From positions 1 through 64,000 of IMG/VR virus record IMGVR_UViG_3300005253_000487: a stretch of 64,000 bases of DNA; one strand, 5' to 3'. A program made the translations under genes and the position numbers. The notes below the pieces were generated by a model that was not told the DNA's origin, made no database searches, and saw only the letters and a program-made list of their open reading frames with translations. The DNA comes from a virus. Shown here piece after piece: positions 16,531-27,039 of the stretch (the stretch's first letter is position 1; each line of letters opens with the position of its first letter).

Positions 16531-17048
16531 TTGAAACTTTACAAGGAGGAGGCATACTAGATGCGCCGCCGTATCCCGTCTGTCTGCAATCTTGTGCCCG
16601 TCGTCCACGTCTCAATACGTACGAGCTGTGAACGCCGTGCACGCCGCAAGCACTTAGCGGAGGGGGTCGGTTGCTGTCGCTGGCTGAACGCCCTTAACGC
16701 GCATCTAGTTTCTGTTCGACTTCCGCGTCCCATTGTTGTGCGTGCTGCACACCCACCTTCCGTCCAGCCACTTAGCACGTCCTCGGGCTCCCGTTCCCTT
16801 AAGCATTCCGCTGGCGCTCTAACTTCCCCGTCCATCCACGCGCTACAACTTCTGTGTACCCCCGCGCTGACTGTGCTGTCTGCGTCGTCTATGGATCCGG
16901 GGTCGCAGTTTCTAACTGCATCGGCAATGCTGCCATCCCCGTAGTGCGCGTCCACGTAGCGCACCCTCCAACATCCACCCCTAACTACATGCTACTACAC
17001 CTACACTTACAATCTACGACACGCAACCCAAGGACGCAAGTGTTTTGC

Positions 17049-17201
17049 AAGTGCTTATATAGCAACCACTTACAGCGTCGCTCCCGTTGGATCGGTCGAA
17101 AAAGGGGAGCTTTTAAGCGATGCTATAAGTGCTTATATAGCAACCACTTAGCTATGCTTTACTCAGGGAAGGCACGTAAGTCCTTTGTTTCGTCCCATTT
17201 A
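17049..17201. repeat. Three (T)AAGT-N15-AYTTA pseudo-palindromes; two are identical 24-mers
   Basis: AAGTGCTTATATAGCAACCACTTA at 17049-17072 and 17127-17150; TAAGT-N15-ATTTA at 17177-17201. Confidence 0.75.
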
Positions 17202-17296
17202 CCCGATCGCTTGCGGTGCTGCACTGTAGCGTCAAGCGGGGTGACGCTTTTGACACGCTTGCGTTGCACTTGTATGACGCCGTATTGTGCGCGGAC

Positions 17297-18097
17297 ATGC
17301 CGAAGCAGACAGTAAAGAAGAAACGGCGCTCGAGTAAAGGGCGCAAGCATCATCCACACACTTGTGGTCCAAAGTGTAGACACAAGTGTGGTGACGTTGG
17401 TGGGCGCACGCAGAGTGGTAGGCCTTGTAGGCACCTCGGTGGTAACGGTGTGGAGGGCAAGGTGAAGGGCGTGTGGGCGCTGTGCTGGGATCACGATCCG
17501 GATAACACTGCACCCGCACCAACACAAGAGCAGGCATTCGAAGGTGGGCTGACGGGGAAGGAAGCTCTCTTCGTGTTCTACTATCCGGGGAGCGCCAATT
17601 GCAATGCGACGGAGGCGGCTAAGCTGGCGGGCTACACCGGCAGCCGCGCCACATTGCAAGCGACGGGGGCGAAGCTGATGACGAAGCCCAAGATTAAGGC
17701 AGCCATCCTCAAACGCTTCGATGAACTCTCGGCACCAGGCGAGGAGATCATTGCACGCATGACGGCGGATGCGCGGGGGAGTATGCTGCCGCTAGTGAAG
17801 TTTGACGAGAAGGGACGCCCCCAGGTTCACCTCACAGCGGAACTCCTCTTAGAGTTTGGCACGCTTATCAAAACAATAGACTGCGACCCGGAGACAGGGT
17901 ACATCCGCAAGCTGACGCTTAACGATGGACAGGCAGCACGAAGGGACTTGGCTAAGATACGCAAGCTCATGAGTGATGCACCGGAGGTCAACATCCTCAA
18001 TCTCCAGGACCTCTCGGACGATGAGCTGGCGAAGAGGTTAGCAACGCTCGCCGCACGCCTGCGCCCTAATCCACAGCATGAGTTGAATGGGGCATGA
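17297..18097 (+). CDS. terS: Terminase small subunit
   Basis: FVFYY...NATEAAKLAGY...GAKLMTKPKIKAAI HTH; directly upstream of terL. Confidence 0.85.
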   Translation: MPKQTVKKKRRSSKGRKHHPHTCGPKCRHKCGDVGGRTQSGRPCRHLGGNGVEGKVKGVWALCWDHDPDNTAPAPTQEQAFEGGLTGKEALFVFYYPGSANCNATEAAKLAGYTGSRATLQATGAKLMTKPKIKAAILKRFDELSAPGEEIIARMTADARGSMLPLVKFDEKGRPQVHLTAELLLEFGTLIKTIDCDPETGYIRKLTLNDGQAARRDLAKIRKLMSDAPEVNILNLQDLSDDELAKRLATLAARLRPNPQHELNGA

Positions 18098-19680
18098 CAG
18101 TGAGCTATGCTTCGCGGAGAGACCCGGCGCTGGAGGAAGCGTTGGCGTTGGCAGAGGAGGCGCAGAGCAGGGGCGTCCCCATTCCAGATACCTTAGCACA
18201 CGAGCTTCATGTGAGAGAGTCTGTACGTAGGGGCATCAACCCATGGTCTACCTTCCGGAGCTATATCGAATATGTGAACCCCGACCTGTTGCGCTACGAG
18301 CATATTGATCTGTTGGTAGAGCAGGCGGAGCGTCTCATCCGGAGAGAGATTCTGAGGCTGATGGTCCTGTTGCCCCCCCGGTACTTCAAGACGGAGGTCT
18401 TTAGCAGGCTGCTCTGTAGTTACTTCCTCCGCAAGTTTCCACGGAAGCTGGTGGGCGTGGCTAGTTATAACGCCTCTCGGGCCTGGGAAGTCTCAGAGCA
18501 GGCGCGCACGTACTTCACCTTCAGCGGGGGCGTGCTAAGGGCAAGCGCTCAGGCAAAGAAGTTCTGGGGTCCTCCTGAGGGTGGGGAGCTATGGGCGGCG
18601 GGGGTACAGGAGGGTACACTAGGGCATGGTTATCACTTAGGGGTGGTAGACGATCCAGTGGACCCGGAGAAGGCACGGAGCCCAGTGTATCAGAGGAGGT
18701 TCCAGGACTGGTGGCCTGAGAAGTGGATTAGCAGGCAGGAGCCCAATGCAGCCATCGTCCTGGTGATGCAGCGCCTGGGTGTGGAGGACCCGGTGGACTT
18801 TTTGTTCAGAAGAGAGATGGGTGAGAACACAGCACTGGCGCAAGAGGAGTGGACGGTGTTGGTGATGGATGAGCTGAAAGAGAACACCCCATTAGGTAGA
18901 TGGAACGGGCCACAAGGGTTGCCGCCTAGCTGCACGCTGATCAAAGACAAGCGGAAGGTGGGAGCATTGCTGTCCCCGCGGAGGTTTAACGCTCAGCAGG
19001 TGAAGAAGATACGGGCTGGAAGTGGTACATTGACCACAGCGACACAGCGGCAGCAAAGGCCATCGAACCCGAAGGGAGACTTCTGGGCTAAGAAATGGTT
19101 CCGGAAGTATGATACACTCCCGGCGGATGCCTTCGACGGTGGCCGGGATTGGGATACAGCGTACACGAAGGAAGAGGCCAATAGTGCGACGGCTTGGATA
19201 GAGAGCTACAGGGGCCCCAGCGTAAGGGTAGGCAATGGGGAGGGTCACCCAAGCGTGGAACGCTTCCCTATCTACATCCATGACGTGGACTGGGACTGGA
19301 AGGAGTTCCCGGACCTAGTGAAGTGGATGGCAGAGCTGGAAGGGCTGCCCCATTATGTGGAGGAGAAGGCTAGCGGGAAGAGCGCTATACAGGCCCTTAA
19401 GCCTCATGGCATAGTGGCTGAGGGTGTGGCGGTGAAGGGCGATAAGTTTGCCAGAGCTTCTGCCGTGCAGCCCGCCGTGAGTACTGGTCGCATTTATGTC
19501 AGAGCCTCCGAATATGATTTACTGTTAAGTGGAGAGGGCCAGGGCTTGCTTCGCATTACATCCGAGGCGTTGCAGGCGGGGATAGGGGGGCTGGACGTGA
19601 ACGATGCCTTTGTCCAGGCGCTGCACAGGCACATGAAGTTGTATGGGAAGACGGGCAAGCGGAAAGTGATGTGGGCATGA
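18094..19680 (+). CDS. terL: Terminase large subunit
   Basis: PPRYFKT Walker A variant, VVDDP Walker B, VMQR, QQRP, WDTA and EEKASG nuclease motifs. Confidence 0.93.
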   Translation: MTVSYASRRDPALEEALALAEEAQSRGVPIPDTLAHELHVRESVRRGINPWSTFRSYIEYVNPDLLRYEHIDLLVEQAERLIRREILRLMVLLPPRYFKTEVFSRLLCSYFLRKFPRKLVGVASYNASRAWEVSEQARTYFTFSGGVLRASAQAKKFWGPPEGGELWAAGVQEGTLGHGYHLGVVDDPVDPEKARSPVYQRRFQDWWPEKWISRQEPNAAIVLVMQRLGVEDPVDFLFRREMGENTALAQEEWTVLVMDELKENTPLGRWNGPQGLPPSCTLIKDKRKVGALLSPRRFNAQQVKKIRAGSGTLTTATQRQQRPSNPKGDFWAKKWFRKYDTLPADAFDGGRDWDTAYTKEEANSATAWIESYRGPSVRVGNGEGHPSVERFPIYIHDVDWDWKEFPDLVKWMAELEGLPHYVEEKASGKSAIQALKPHGIVAEGVAVKGDKFARASAVQPAVSTGRIYVRASEYDLLLSGEGQGLLRITSEALQAGIGGLDVNDAFVQALHRHMKLYGKTGKRKVMWA

Positions 19681-20064
19681 GAGTGTTCATATTTATTGCG
19701 GGTGTCATGGAGTGGTTGGCAGAGCGGAACTGTAACTTTTGGCTATGGGTAATGCAGTATAAGATTGTGTTGCCAAAAACATTATGCAGAACGCGTGGTT
19801 GTTATGTGGGACCAACTAATCCAAAACCGATGCAACCGCAACAGATGATCTATCCTTATGGCAGGCCGTCACGACCGCCACCGCCGCCCGCACCACCACC
19901 TAGAAATAATCCAGGAGTGACTGTACAGTGAGTAGGCAACGTGTAGTGCGTGTCGATCAATCACCATTGAATGCAAAGAGATGGTGTCTGACTTTGGCAT
20001 GTGGGCATGAAGTGTGGATAACGGCTGTAAGACGGCCAGCGCGTCAGACCTTCGATTGTGAAGC

Positions 20065-20361
20065 GTGCAGATGAGAGGGCAGGTGTTAGCACGGAAGCTG
20101 ATTGCACGGTTCAAGGCCGCAGGACACCCATGGCCTTATGGGGATGATGCAGTAGTGGTTCGTACGTATGCGGGACGCCATCAACTTGCCGCCGGCGCCT
20201 TTCGTTGGCACTTAGCACGACGGAGTAAGGTTGGCATCGTGCAGGGCATTGAGTACGGCAAGTATGGTTCAAGTGAGCGGGCGGGTGAGGTGGCTAGAGC
20301 AGCTACCGTGACCGTCGATACCTGTATGGGGGATGTCGATTTGGTAATAGAGAGGTCCTGA
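20065..20361 (+). CDS. Hypothetical protein
   Basis: ORF ending in TGATG overlap with portal start. Confidence 0.5.
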   Translation: MQMRGQVLARKLIARFKAAGHPWPYGDDAVVVRTYAGRHQLAAGAFRWHLARRSKVGIVQGIEYGKYGSSERAGEVARAATVTVDTCMGDVDLVIERS

Positions 20362-21815
20362 TGGCAAGACAACGAACTAAGCTACCCGGAACGAAATACT
20401 TGGGCGGTGGTTGGTACATGACGCCCACAGGTAACAAGGTCCAGGGGAAGGATGCCCTCATTACGGCCATGGCCAACCTGCCGACGGACATGACCACTGG
20501 ACGCTTCAGCTTCCTTCGTAAGGCGGGCCTCCAGTACCAAGGGGCGCGGGACGTCTATGCGTCCGCCGGTTACATCAAGGAGGGGACAGAGAACTTCGAT
20601 CACTACAAGGCGCTCTACGAACGTGACCCCGTAGCGGGGCGTATTGTAGACATGCCCGCTAAGACAACGTGGCGCACGCCGGCGGAGATCATAGACGGCA
20701 CGTTGTCGAAGGACAAGCGGGAGAAGAAGGAGGATACGGAGTTCGAGAAGGCATGGATAGCCTTAGCCCCACGGTTGAAGGTGTGGCGACACTTCGAGAA
20801 GGTAGACCGCCTCAGTCGTATTGGACAGTATGCGGTGCTCTTGATCGGTAGGCGGGAAGAGGATGACATGTCCTTGAAGACGCCGATGGAGGTAGTGACG
20901 GGGGGCGATGACATCTTGTTCCTGTCCAGTTACAATCAAAAGCGGGCGGAGATTGCTTCGTGGGTTACTAATCCAGGGCATGAGCGCTTCGGTTTCCCTG
21001 ACACCTATAAGCTCAACTTGAGTACAGGTGTTAAGGAGTTCGGAGATAAGAAGCTCCTCGTACACCACAGCCGCATCATCCATGTGGCCGAGGACCCGTT
21101 GGAGGACGAGGTGTTTGGACGCCCAGCGCTGAAGCGGGTGTTGAATGCGTTGACGGACTTGCTGAAGGTGACCGCCAGCACAGGAGAGGCGTACTGGCAA
21201 CTGGCGAGTAGGTTGTTGCAAGCCAAGGTCGATCCGACGCTGGAGATAACACAGGCGCAGATAGATGAGATGGGCGTAGCGTTGGAGGCCATCGTACATG
21301 ACCTCCGCCGCCAGTTCGTAGGCCAAGGCACGGAGCTGGAGTGGAAGACGGGTGAGGTGCCCAAGCCTGGGGACGCATTGGAAATGTATAAGAACATCAT
21401 GGGCGTAGGCTCCGGCATCCCAACCCGCGTCCTGTTCGGAAGTGAGATGGGGGAGTTGGCCAGTGCCCAGGACGAACGGAACTACTTCGGTATGGTCAAC
21501 GAACGGCAGGAACAGCACGCAGAGCCCAACATCTTGCGCGCCTTCATCGACAGGCTGGTAGGAGTGAAAGCGCTACCGGCGCCAAGCAAGGAAGGGTACA
21601 CGGTCGTATGGCCCACGCTCTTCGAGCTATCGGACAAGGACATTGCAGAGGCCAACCTTACGCGGGCGAAGGCGGCGAAGGAGCTGACGCCAATGGGTGG
21701 CGACCCACGGAAGTTGATCGAGGTGGACTCGGATCGTAATGTGTGGCTCTTGCAACGCGAGCCAGGACAAGTGGACGAGCCGCCCTTGGGTGCAGCTGGT
21801 GGAGGGGACGAGTAA
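20361..21815 (+). CDS. Portal protein (DUF1073 family)
   Basis: AGRIVDMPAKTTWR, FGFPDTY, VHHSRIIH, GIPTRVLFG...ASAQD; position after terL. Confidence 0.9.
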   Translation: MARQRTKLPGTKYLGGGWYMTPTGNKVQGKDALITAMANLPTDMTTGRFSFLRKAGLQYQGARDVYASAGYIKEGTENFDHYKALYERDPVAGRIVDMPAKTTWRTPAEIIDGTLSKDKREKKEDTEFEKAWIALAPRLKVWRHFEKVDRLSRIGQYAVLLIGRREEDDMSLKTPMEVVTGGDDILFLSSYNQKRAEIASWVTNPGHERFGFPDTYKLNLSTGVKEFGDKKLLVHHSRIIHVAEDPLEDEVFGRPALKRVLNALTDLLKVTASTGEAYWQLASRLLQAKVDPTLEITQAQIDEMGVALEAIVHDLRRQFVGQGTELEWKTGEVPKPGDALEMYKNIMGVGSGIPTRVLFGSEMGELASAQDERNYFGMVNERQEQHAEPNILRAFIDRLVGVKALPAPSKEGYTVVWPTLFELSDKDIAEANLTRAKAAKELTPMGGDPRKLIEVDSDRNVWLLQREPGQVDEPPLGAAGGGDE

Positions 21816-21867
21816 CAATGGGCGGAATTGCTAAGGATTATATAGTGTCCACTAATGTCGTGTTCGG

Positions 21868-22089
21868 ATGCGGACGATAGGGGTGAAGGGCGTGCCTGGG
21901 TGGCAGAGTCGTAAGACGCATTGCAAGCACGGACACCCGTTGACGGGAGAGAACCTCGTGGTGATTGTTTCGCTGCATCATCATAACTATCGTAGATGTG
22001 TAACGTGTCATCGTGCAAGGCTACGAGTGTGTGCAGCCAGGCGAAGGTTGGCCAATAAGCGAAAGGCGTTGCGCTGTGTTGCACCCTAA
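21868..22089 (+). CDS. Small Zn-binding protein resembling the accessory domain of HNH endonucleases
   Basis: KTHCKHGHP...ENL...RRCVTC. Confidence 0.55.
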   Translation: MRTIGVKGVPGWQSRKTHCKHGHPLTGENLVVIVSLHHHNYRRCVTCHRARLRVCAARRRLANKRKALRCVAP

Positions 22090-22849
22090 GCACGTACTCA
22101 TAGTGATCCCAGCGAGGCGGTTGTCGCGACGCCTGGTAGACAAGCCCCTGCGGTCCTTGTGGCACAGTACGGTGATTGAACATGTGGTGGCGGATGTACT
22201 GGCGTCCGCGGGGGAAGCGAAGGTGGTATTGTCAACCGACAGTCGTAAGGTTGCCCAGGCGGTGGAACATGTGGTGGAAGTGTGTATGACGCCAGGGCAG
22301 TATCGCAATGGTACAGAGCGGGTGGCGGCAACACTGGACAACTACCCAGAGTATCAGACGGAGCGGGACATCATTGTGAACGTGCAAGGGGACCAGCTAT
22401 TCGTTTCCAACGAGCACATTGAAGGGGCCGTCGAGCAGGTGCAGGCGGGCTTTGATGTGGGGACGATGGCAGCGAAGCTTTTGCCTGACATGCTAACTAA
22501 TTCCAATCGGGTGAAGGTGTTGATAGATGATCGAAAGTGCCTGGACTTCTTCAGGCTGGAGTCACAATCGAAAGAGATGAGACTATACCATCCGTCTTCC
22601 GTTGTGGCGCACCACTTGGGTATTTATGCCTACCGGCCGCAGACGTTGGCGCAGTGGATAGCATGGCCGAAGGGTCATCGCGAGTCTTTGTGGGGACTGG
22701 AGCAATTGCGTCCATTGGACCACGGAATGACTTTTGGTGCAGGAGAGACGAAGGTGATGCGCCCGCAGAGCGTGGACAGCTTAGAAGATTTGGATCGGTT
22801 GCGTGGCATGAGCGTCGGTGATGTCTTTAAGCTAGCGGCAAGGGCATGA
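22076..22849 (+). CDS. kdsB: CMP-Kdo synthetase-like cytidylyltransferase
   Basis: IPAR..SRR..KPL, GTERVA, IVNVQGD, HLGIYAYR, LEQLR. Confidence 0.88.
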   Translation: MLHPKHVLIVIPARRLSRRLVDKPLRSLWHSTVIEHVVADVLASAGEAKVVLSTDSRKVAQAVEHVVEVCMTPGQYRNGTERVAATLDNYPEYQTERDIIVNVQGDQLFVSNEHIEGAVEQVQAGFDVGTMAAKLLPDMLTNSNRVKVLIDDRKCLDFFRLESQSKEMRLYHPSSVVAHHLGIYAYRPQTLAQWIAWPKGHRESLWGLEQLRPLDHGMTFGAGETKVMRPQSVDSLEDLDRLRGMSVGDVFKLAARA

Positions 22850-23206
22850 CGCCCCAGACACAGGCTGTAGTGGTGCATTTGAAAGTAACACCACACCGGG
22901 CGACGGATGAGTGGAAGGTGCGGTGGTGTGGTGGGTGCAGACAATACGAGTATGACACAGGCGCTCCGCGTGGCTGGGTAATGTTAAAAGGATCACCACC
23001 GGAGGGTGTGCGTTTAAACCAAGGAAGAGAGTGATGACTTATACCTATGTCGTGCTTGAGGTGTCGGAGGAAGCTTATCGAGAGATCCGGACTAAGCTAG
23101 AGGAGGCGGACTATCAGTATATAATGTCTCGTCCCTCTGACCCAAACTGTATCATCGACATGCACGGCATTGCAATCCAACCGAGGACTAAGGAAGAGAG
23201 TGGTCA

Positions 23207-24178
23207 ATGACTTTAACAGAGCAGGAAATCGTAGCAGAAGGGAACCGCGTCATTGCTGAGGAGGCACAGGCGTTGGAGGGTCTGGAGGTGGGTGCGTCCT
23301 TTGTGGCAGCGGTGCGGTTGCTTGCGAGCTACCCGCCGGGGCGCGTGGTAGTTGCGGGAGTGGGCAAGAGCGGGTTGGTGGCACAACGTATCGCTGCCAC
23401 GCTCACAGTGACAGGGACGTGCGCCTGGTACCTCAGCCCCGCGGGCGCCCTGCACGGTGACATGGGTAAAATGATGAAAGGGGATATACTGTTGATGGTA
23501 TCCCGGAGCGGAGAGAGTGATGAGTTGCGAGGGATGGGAGCGTATGCGGATCGGTTGGGCTTGCCTATTGTACTTATCACAGCCGCACCTGAATCAGTGT
23601 TGGCTAAGTGGGCAGACATAGTGCTGGAGCACAGTGCGGAGGAGGCATGTCAATACGGACTGACGCCAACAAGCTCAGCGACACAGGCAATGGTCCTTGG
23701 GGATGCCCTCGCGCTTGCATTACAAAAGGAACGTGGCTTTGGTCCAGAACAATTCGCCGCACTACACAAGAGCGGCAGCCTCGGTAGGCGTTTAACGTTG
23801 ACTGTGAAGGATGTAATGGTGACAGGGCAAGACGTGGGCTACGTGATGCCGCAGGACACGCTGCTGACGGCAATGGTGCGGTTGGGGGTGCACCGGGGCA
23901 CGTTAATCGTATCGAGAGCGGGAGTGTTCCACGGTGTAGTGACGGCGGGTGATGTGTCGCGTTACATTAAACGCTATGATGAACGGTGGGCGAAGGCGGA
24001 AGTGGCCGATGCTACAGCTAGTGTGCCTGCGGAGATTACAGGTCCCGCATTATTGGTGATGGATGTAATAACGCAGATGCAAACGGCGGGCGTGATGGCG
24101 TTGCCGGTGCTAGATGAGATGCGGAACGTGGTAGGAATGATCCACTTGCATGATGCATTGAAGGCGAGGGTGATATGA
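23207..24178 (+). CDS. kdsD: Arabinose-5-phosphate isomerase (KdsD/KpsF/GutQ; SIS + CBS)
   Basis: GVGKSG, ALHGDMG, SRSGES, PTSS...GDALA, FAALH.SGSLGRRL, C-terminal CBS pair. Confidence 0.92.
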   Translation: MTLTEQEIVAEGNRVIAEEAQALEGLEVGASFVAAVRLLASYPPGRVVVAGVGKSGLVAQRIAATLTVTGTCAWYLSPAGALHGDMGKMMKGDILLMVSRSGESDELRGMGAYADRLGLPIVLITAAPESVLAKWADIVLEHSAEEACQYGLTPTSSATQAMVLGDALALALQKERGFGPEQFAALHKSGSLGRRLTLTVKDVMVTGQDVGYVMPQDTLLTAMVRLGVHRGTLIVSRAGVFHGVVTAGDVSRYIKRYDERWAKAEVADATASVPAEITGPALLVMDVITQMQTAGVMALPVLDEMRNVVGMIHLHDALKARVI

Positions 24179-24254
24179 GGTATTTTATTGGGGTAGTGTT
24201 TGTTCTATTGTGGAAATGGTGGGTGGGCTTGGTAGCGTTATTTGGCATGGTGCT

Positions 24255-25019
24255 GTGAGGTTACGTGATTTAGATCCAGGCGTCACTGTGGTATGCGTGC
24301 TGCGAAGCGGCAAGGACTTTAAGCCTGCCCATGTCCGCCAGCTCTATGATGGCCTAGTAAGGTGGTGGCCGTTTCGCACCATGCCCTTCCGCTTCGAAGT
24401 GCTATCTGACGTGCGCGAGGCGGACAACGACGTGCCCTTAGTCACCCCCATCCCGTTGAAGCATAATTGGCCGGGATGGTGGAGTAAGTTGGAACTCTTC
24501 CGTCCGGACTTGGACTACCTTGGGGACATCCTCTACTTCGATCTCGACACGGTGGTGGTGGGTGACTTGACAGACATCGTGTTGGTCAATCAATTGACTA
24601 TGCTCGATGACTTCTACAACCCAGGAATGTTGGGCAGTGGGCTGATGTATCTACCCATGGACGTGCGCCACGTGGTGTGGGACAAATGGATTAGAGACCC
24701 ACGGACGCCGATGATGCGCGTGCGGGGGGACCAAGAGTTTATAGGCGGGGCGTTTGGGTATGACCGTCCGCGTCGGTGGCAGCGCTTACTCCCTGGGCAG
24801 GTGATCAGTTACAAGGCAGACATACGTGAGCCCAAAGAGAAGACCATGCCCCAGGATGCCCGCGTCGTGTGCTTCCATGGACGTCCGCGTCCGTGGCAAG
24901 TTACATTACCTAGAGGAGGGGGACAGCATGAAGCACATACCCAACGTCCCTCGCGCAGGTCTGCTTGTAAGACATCCGCCGTAAAGGGAAGTGGGTGCCT
25001 GCGTGAAACACAAGACTGA
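24255..25019 (+). CDS. Glycosyltransferase (GT-A fold)
   Basis: VVCVLRSG, GWWSKLELF, YFDLD (DxD), GDQ, VVCFHGRPRPW. Confidence 0.85.
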   Translation: MRLRDLDPGVTVVCVLRSGKDFKPAHVRQLYDGLVRWWPFRTMPFRFEVLSDVREADNDVPLVTPIPLKHNWPGWWSKLELFRPDLDYLGDILYFDLDTVVVGDLTDIVLVNQLTMLDDFYNPGMLGSGLMYLPMDVRHVVWDKWIRDPRTPMMRVRGDQEFIGGAFGYDRPRRWQRLLPGQVISYKADIREPKEKTMPQDARVVCFHGRPRPWQVTLPRGGGQHEAHTQRPSRRSACKTSAVKGSGCLRETQD

Positions 25020-25437
25020 AGGGTGGGACGGCAACCCGGCGCGGATATTGCGGAGCTGGTTGAAGGAACAAGGCTTCACTATAGACCAGGCCCTTGCAGA
25101 GTACTTCGATGAGATGGAACGTTACTGCGATGAGCTGGTGGACATACCTGTGGAGACATACTGGAATGGGGAGAGGACGGAGTGTACGAAGGTAAGGGTG
25201 GTGGTTGGGAAGTCTGGAGCACCAACGTGGTGGTGTGCGGAGCTGGAAGGGCAAGAGCGTAATGCGGTCAAGGTGCGCTACAATAATCAGACGTTCTACT
25301 TGGACGATGATGCGTTTCCGGAAGATGCTTTCACACAAGAACATAAGGCGGGGGCGGGTTGGCGGAAGGTAACGGAGGGGCATGGGTGCCCGGACTACTA
25401 CCACGCAGAGTTACCTGTGAAGTGGGAAGTGCACTAG
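24991..25437 (+). CDS. Hypothetical protein
   Basis: 148 aa ORF in operon. Confidence 0.5.
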   Translation: MGACVKHKTEGWDGNPARILRSWLKEQGFTIDQALAEYFDEMERYCDELVDIPVETYWNGERTECTKVRVVVGKSGAPTWWCAELEGQERNAVKVRYNNQTFYLDDDAFPEDAFTQEHKAGAGWRKVTEGHGCPDYYHAELPVKWEVH

Positions 25438-26036
25438 TGAGTAACCGAACGGCAGTGCTTCGTACGGACGCCGTGCTTAATCGCATCCGCTCGCGCCCCA
25501 GCCCAGTGGGTGTAGAGGTGGGAGTGTTCCAGGGTAGGATGTCTGCTGTGCTGCTTCGTGGTCATCCAGGGTTGCGACTCTACATGGTAGACAATTGGTT
25601 GCCAATGACTGCGCAACCTGTGGCATACGTAGCGTCCAAGGACTATCATGCTAGGCTAGATGAGAGTAGGCAGTATGGAAACAAGACACAGGCGCTTAAG
25701 GTGGTGCAACGGTACCGAGGACGTGCTATCCTATTGCATCAGACCTCGGTGCAAGCGGCGATGGGTTTCGAGGATGGACAATGTGACTTCGTGTTCCTGG
25801 ATGCAGACCACAGTTATGAAGGCGTGAAGGCGGACCTCGAAGCGTGGTGGCCTAAGGTAGCTTTTGGTGGGTGGTTATGTGGGCATGATTATTACAATGC
25901 GGAGCAAGAGGCGCGGAGTAGGGGTGCGGGGCAATGCTTCGGCGTGCGTGTTGCGGTGGATGAAGCGGCAGTGAGTATGGGTTGGGCAGTACAGAAGGAC
26001 GCAGACGGCACGTGGTTTGTGCAGAAAGAAGAGTGA
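25437..26036 (+). CDS. SAM-dependent methyltransferase (Methyltransf_24-like)
   Basis: GVEVGVFQG, VDNW, DFVFLDADHSYE, GGWLCGHDY. Confidence 0.9.
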   Translation: MSNRTAVLRTDAVLNRIRSRPSPVGVEVGVFQGRMSAVLLRGHPGLRLYMVDNWLPMTAQPVAYVASKDYHARLDESRQYGNKTQALKVVQRYRGRAILLHQTSVQAAMGFEDGQCDFVFLDADHSYEGVKADLEAWWPKVAFGGWLCGHDYYNAEQEARSRGAGQCFGVRVAVDEAAVSMGWAVQKDADGTWFVQKEE

Positions 26037-26493
26037 TGCGGGAGACCGCGCAATGAAGAAAGTAAAAGTGTAAATGACCATTCACCTGGCTCATGACTCA
26101 TCTAACCGCGCGCCGGAAAGGAGTACAGAGTCATGAAGACGTACCGTAAGACATACGTGGTCCTTGAGAAAGGGGATCACCTGGAGGTGGGTTGTGGTGA
26201 CGTCACGTTGCAAATTGAGATGGACCAGTTGGGAGCACTTGTGGAAGTGAGAGCCCAGCGTCCAGCAACGGACGGGCGTTTCATGTTGGCATCCTGTAGC
26301 ATATTGGACAGTGGTGGAGAAACGCGGAATCATTTGGTTCGTGTCAATGGCGTTCTAAGTCTCTCTCCCATTGCGGATTCGTGTAAGCTTGGTGCCGAGG
26401 TTGTAGGTTCAACTCGTCGTTAACTTAGACTCGGGCGTGAGCGGTTAAGTAGATCATGAGACCAGGTGAATGGTTATTTGGAAAGAGGGGTAG

Positions 26494-27039
26494 ATGAAGA
26501 AGCCTAAGAAGAAGACTGGACTGCTCCGCCATACCCTACCACGTCCGAAGGGTGTTATCGAGTGTGACGTGGTGATGGATGTAGGTGCAGGCATCCGTCC
26601 GTTCAATTGGTATAAACCGAAGCACCACGTTTGCATTGAGCCTTATGAGCCGTACTGCGAACTCCTCGAGGCGGCCCAGTTTGAGGTGTATCAGATGACG
26701 GCTGTGGAAGCATTGGACCTGCTTATGTTTGATCGCATCGACGCTGTGTACCTCTTGGATGTGATCGAGCACATGGAGAAGGAGCCTGCACTCCATGTCC
26801 TCGAGCAGGCGAAGGCGATGGCAAGGGTGCAAGTGGTCATCTATACGCCTTGGGGCTTCATGGAGCAGACGAAAGATGGTTGGGGGTTGGGTGGGCATAG
26901 CTGGCAGACGCATCGCAGTGGTTGGCTGCCCGAGGAGTTCACAGCAGCGGATGGATGGACCACGCAATCGTTCCGTCCGGATCGTCATCCACATCCACAA
27001 GGATTGTATGCCATATGGGACAATACTACTCAGAACTAA
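26494..27039 (+). CDS. SAM-dependent methyltransferase-like protein
   Basis: VMDVGAG, LDVIEH, TPWGF...HRSGW. Confidence 0.8.
   Translation: MKKPKKKTGLLRHTLPRPKGVIECDVVMDVGAGIRPFNWYKPKHHVCIEPYEPYCELLEAAQFEVYQMTAVEALDLLMFDRIDAVYLLDVIEHMEKEPALHVLEQAKAMARVQVVIYTPWGFMEQTKDGWGLGGHSWQTHRSGWLPEEFTAADGWTTQSFRPDRHPHPQGLYAIWDNTTQN

Noticed and set aside
20361-21815. Anti-CBASS Acb1 label often attached to DUF1073 proteins
   Set aside because: Size and position after terL indicate a portal; no 2H-phosphoesterase HxT/S motif pair recognised
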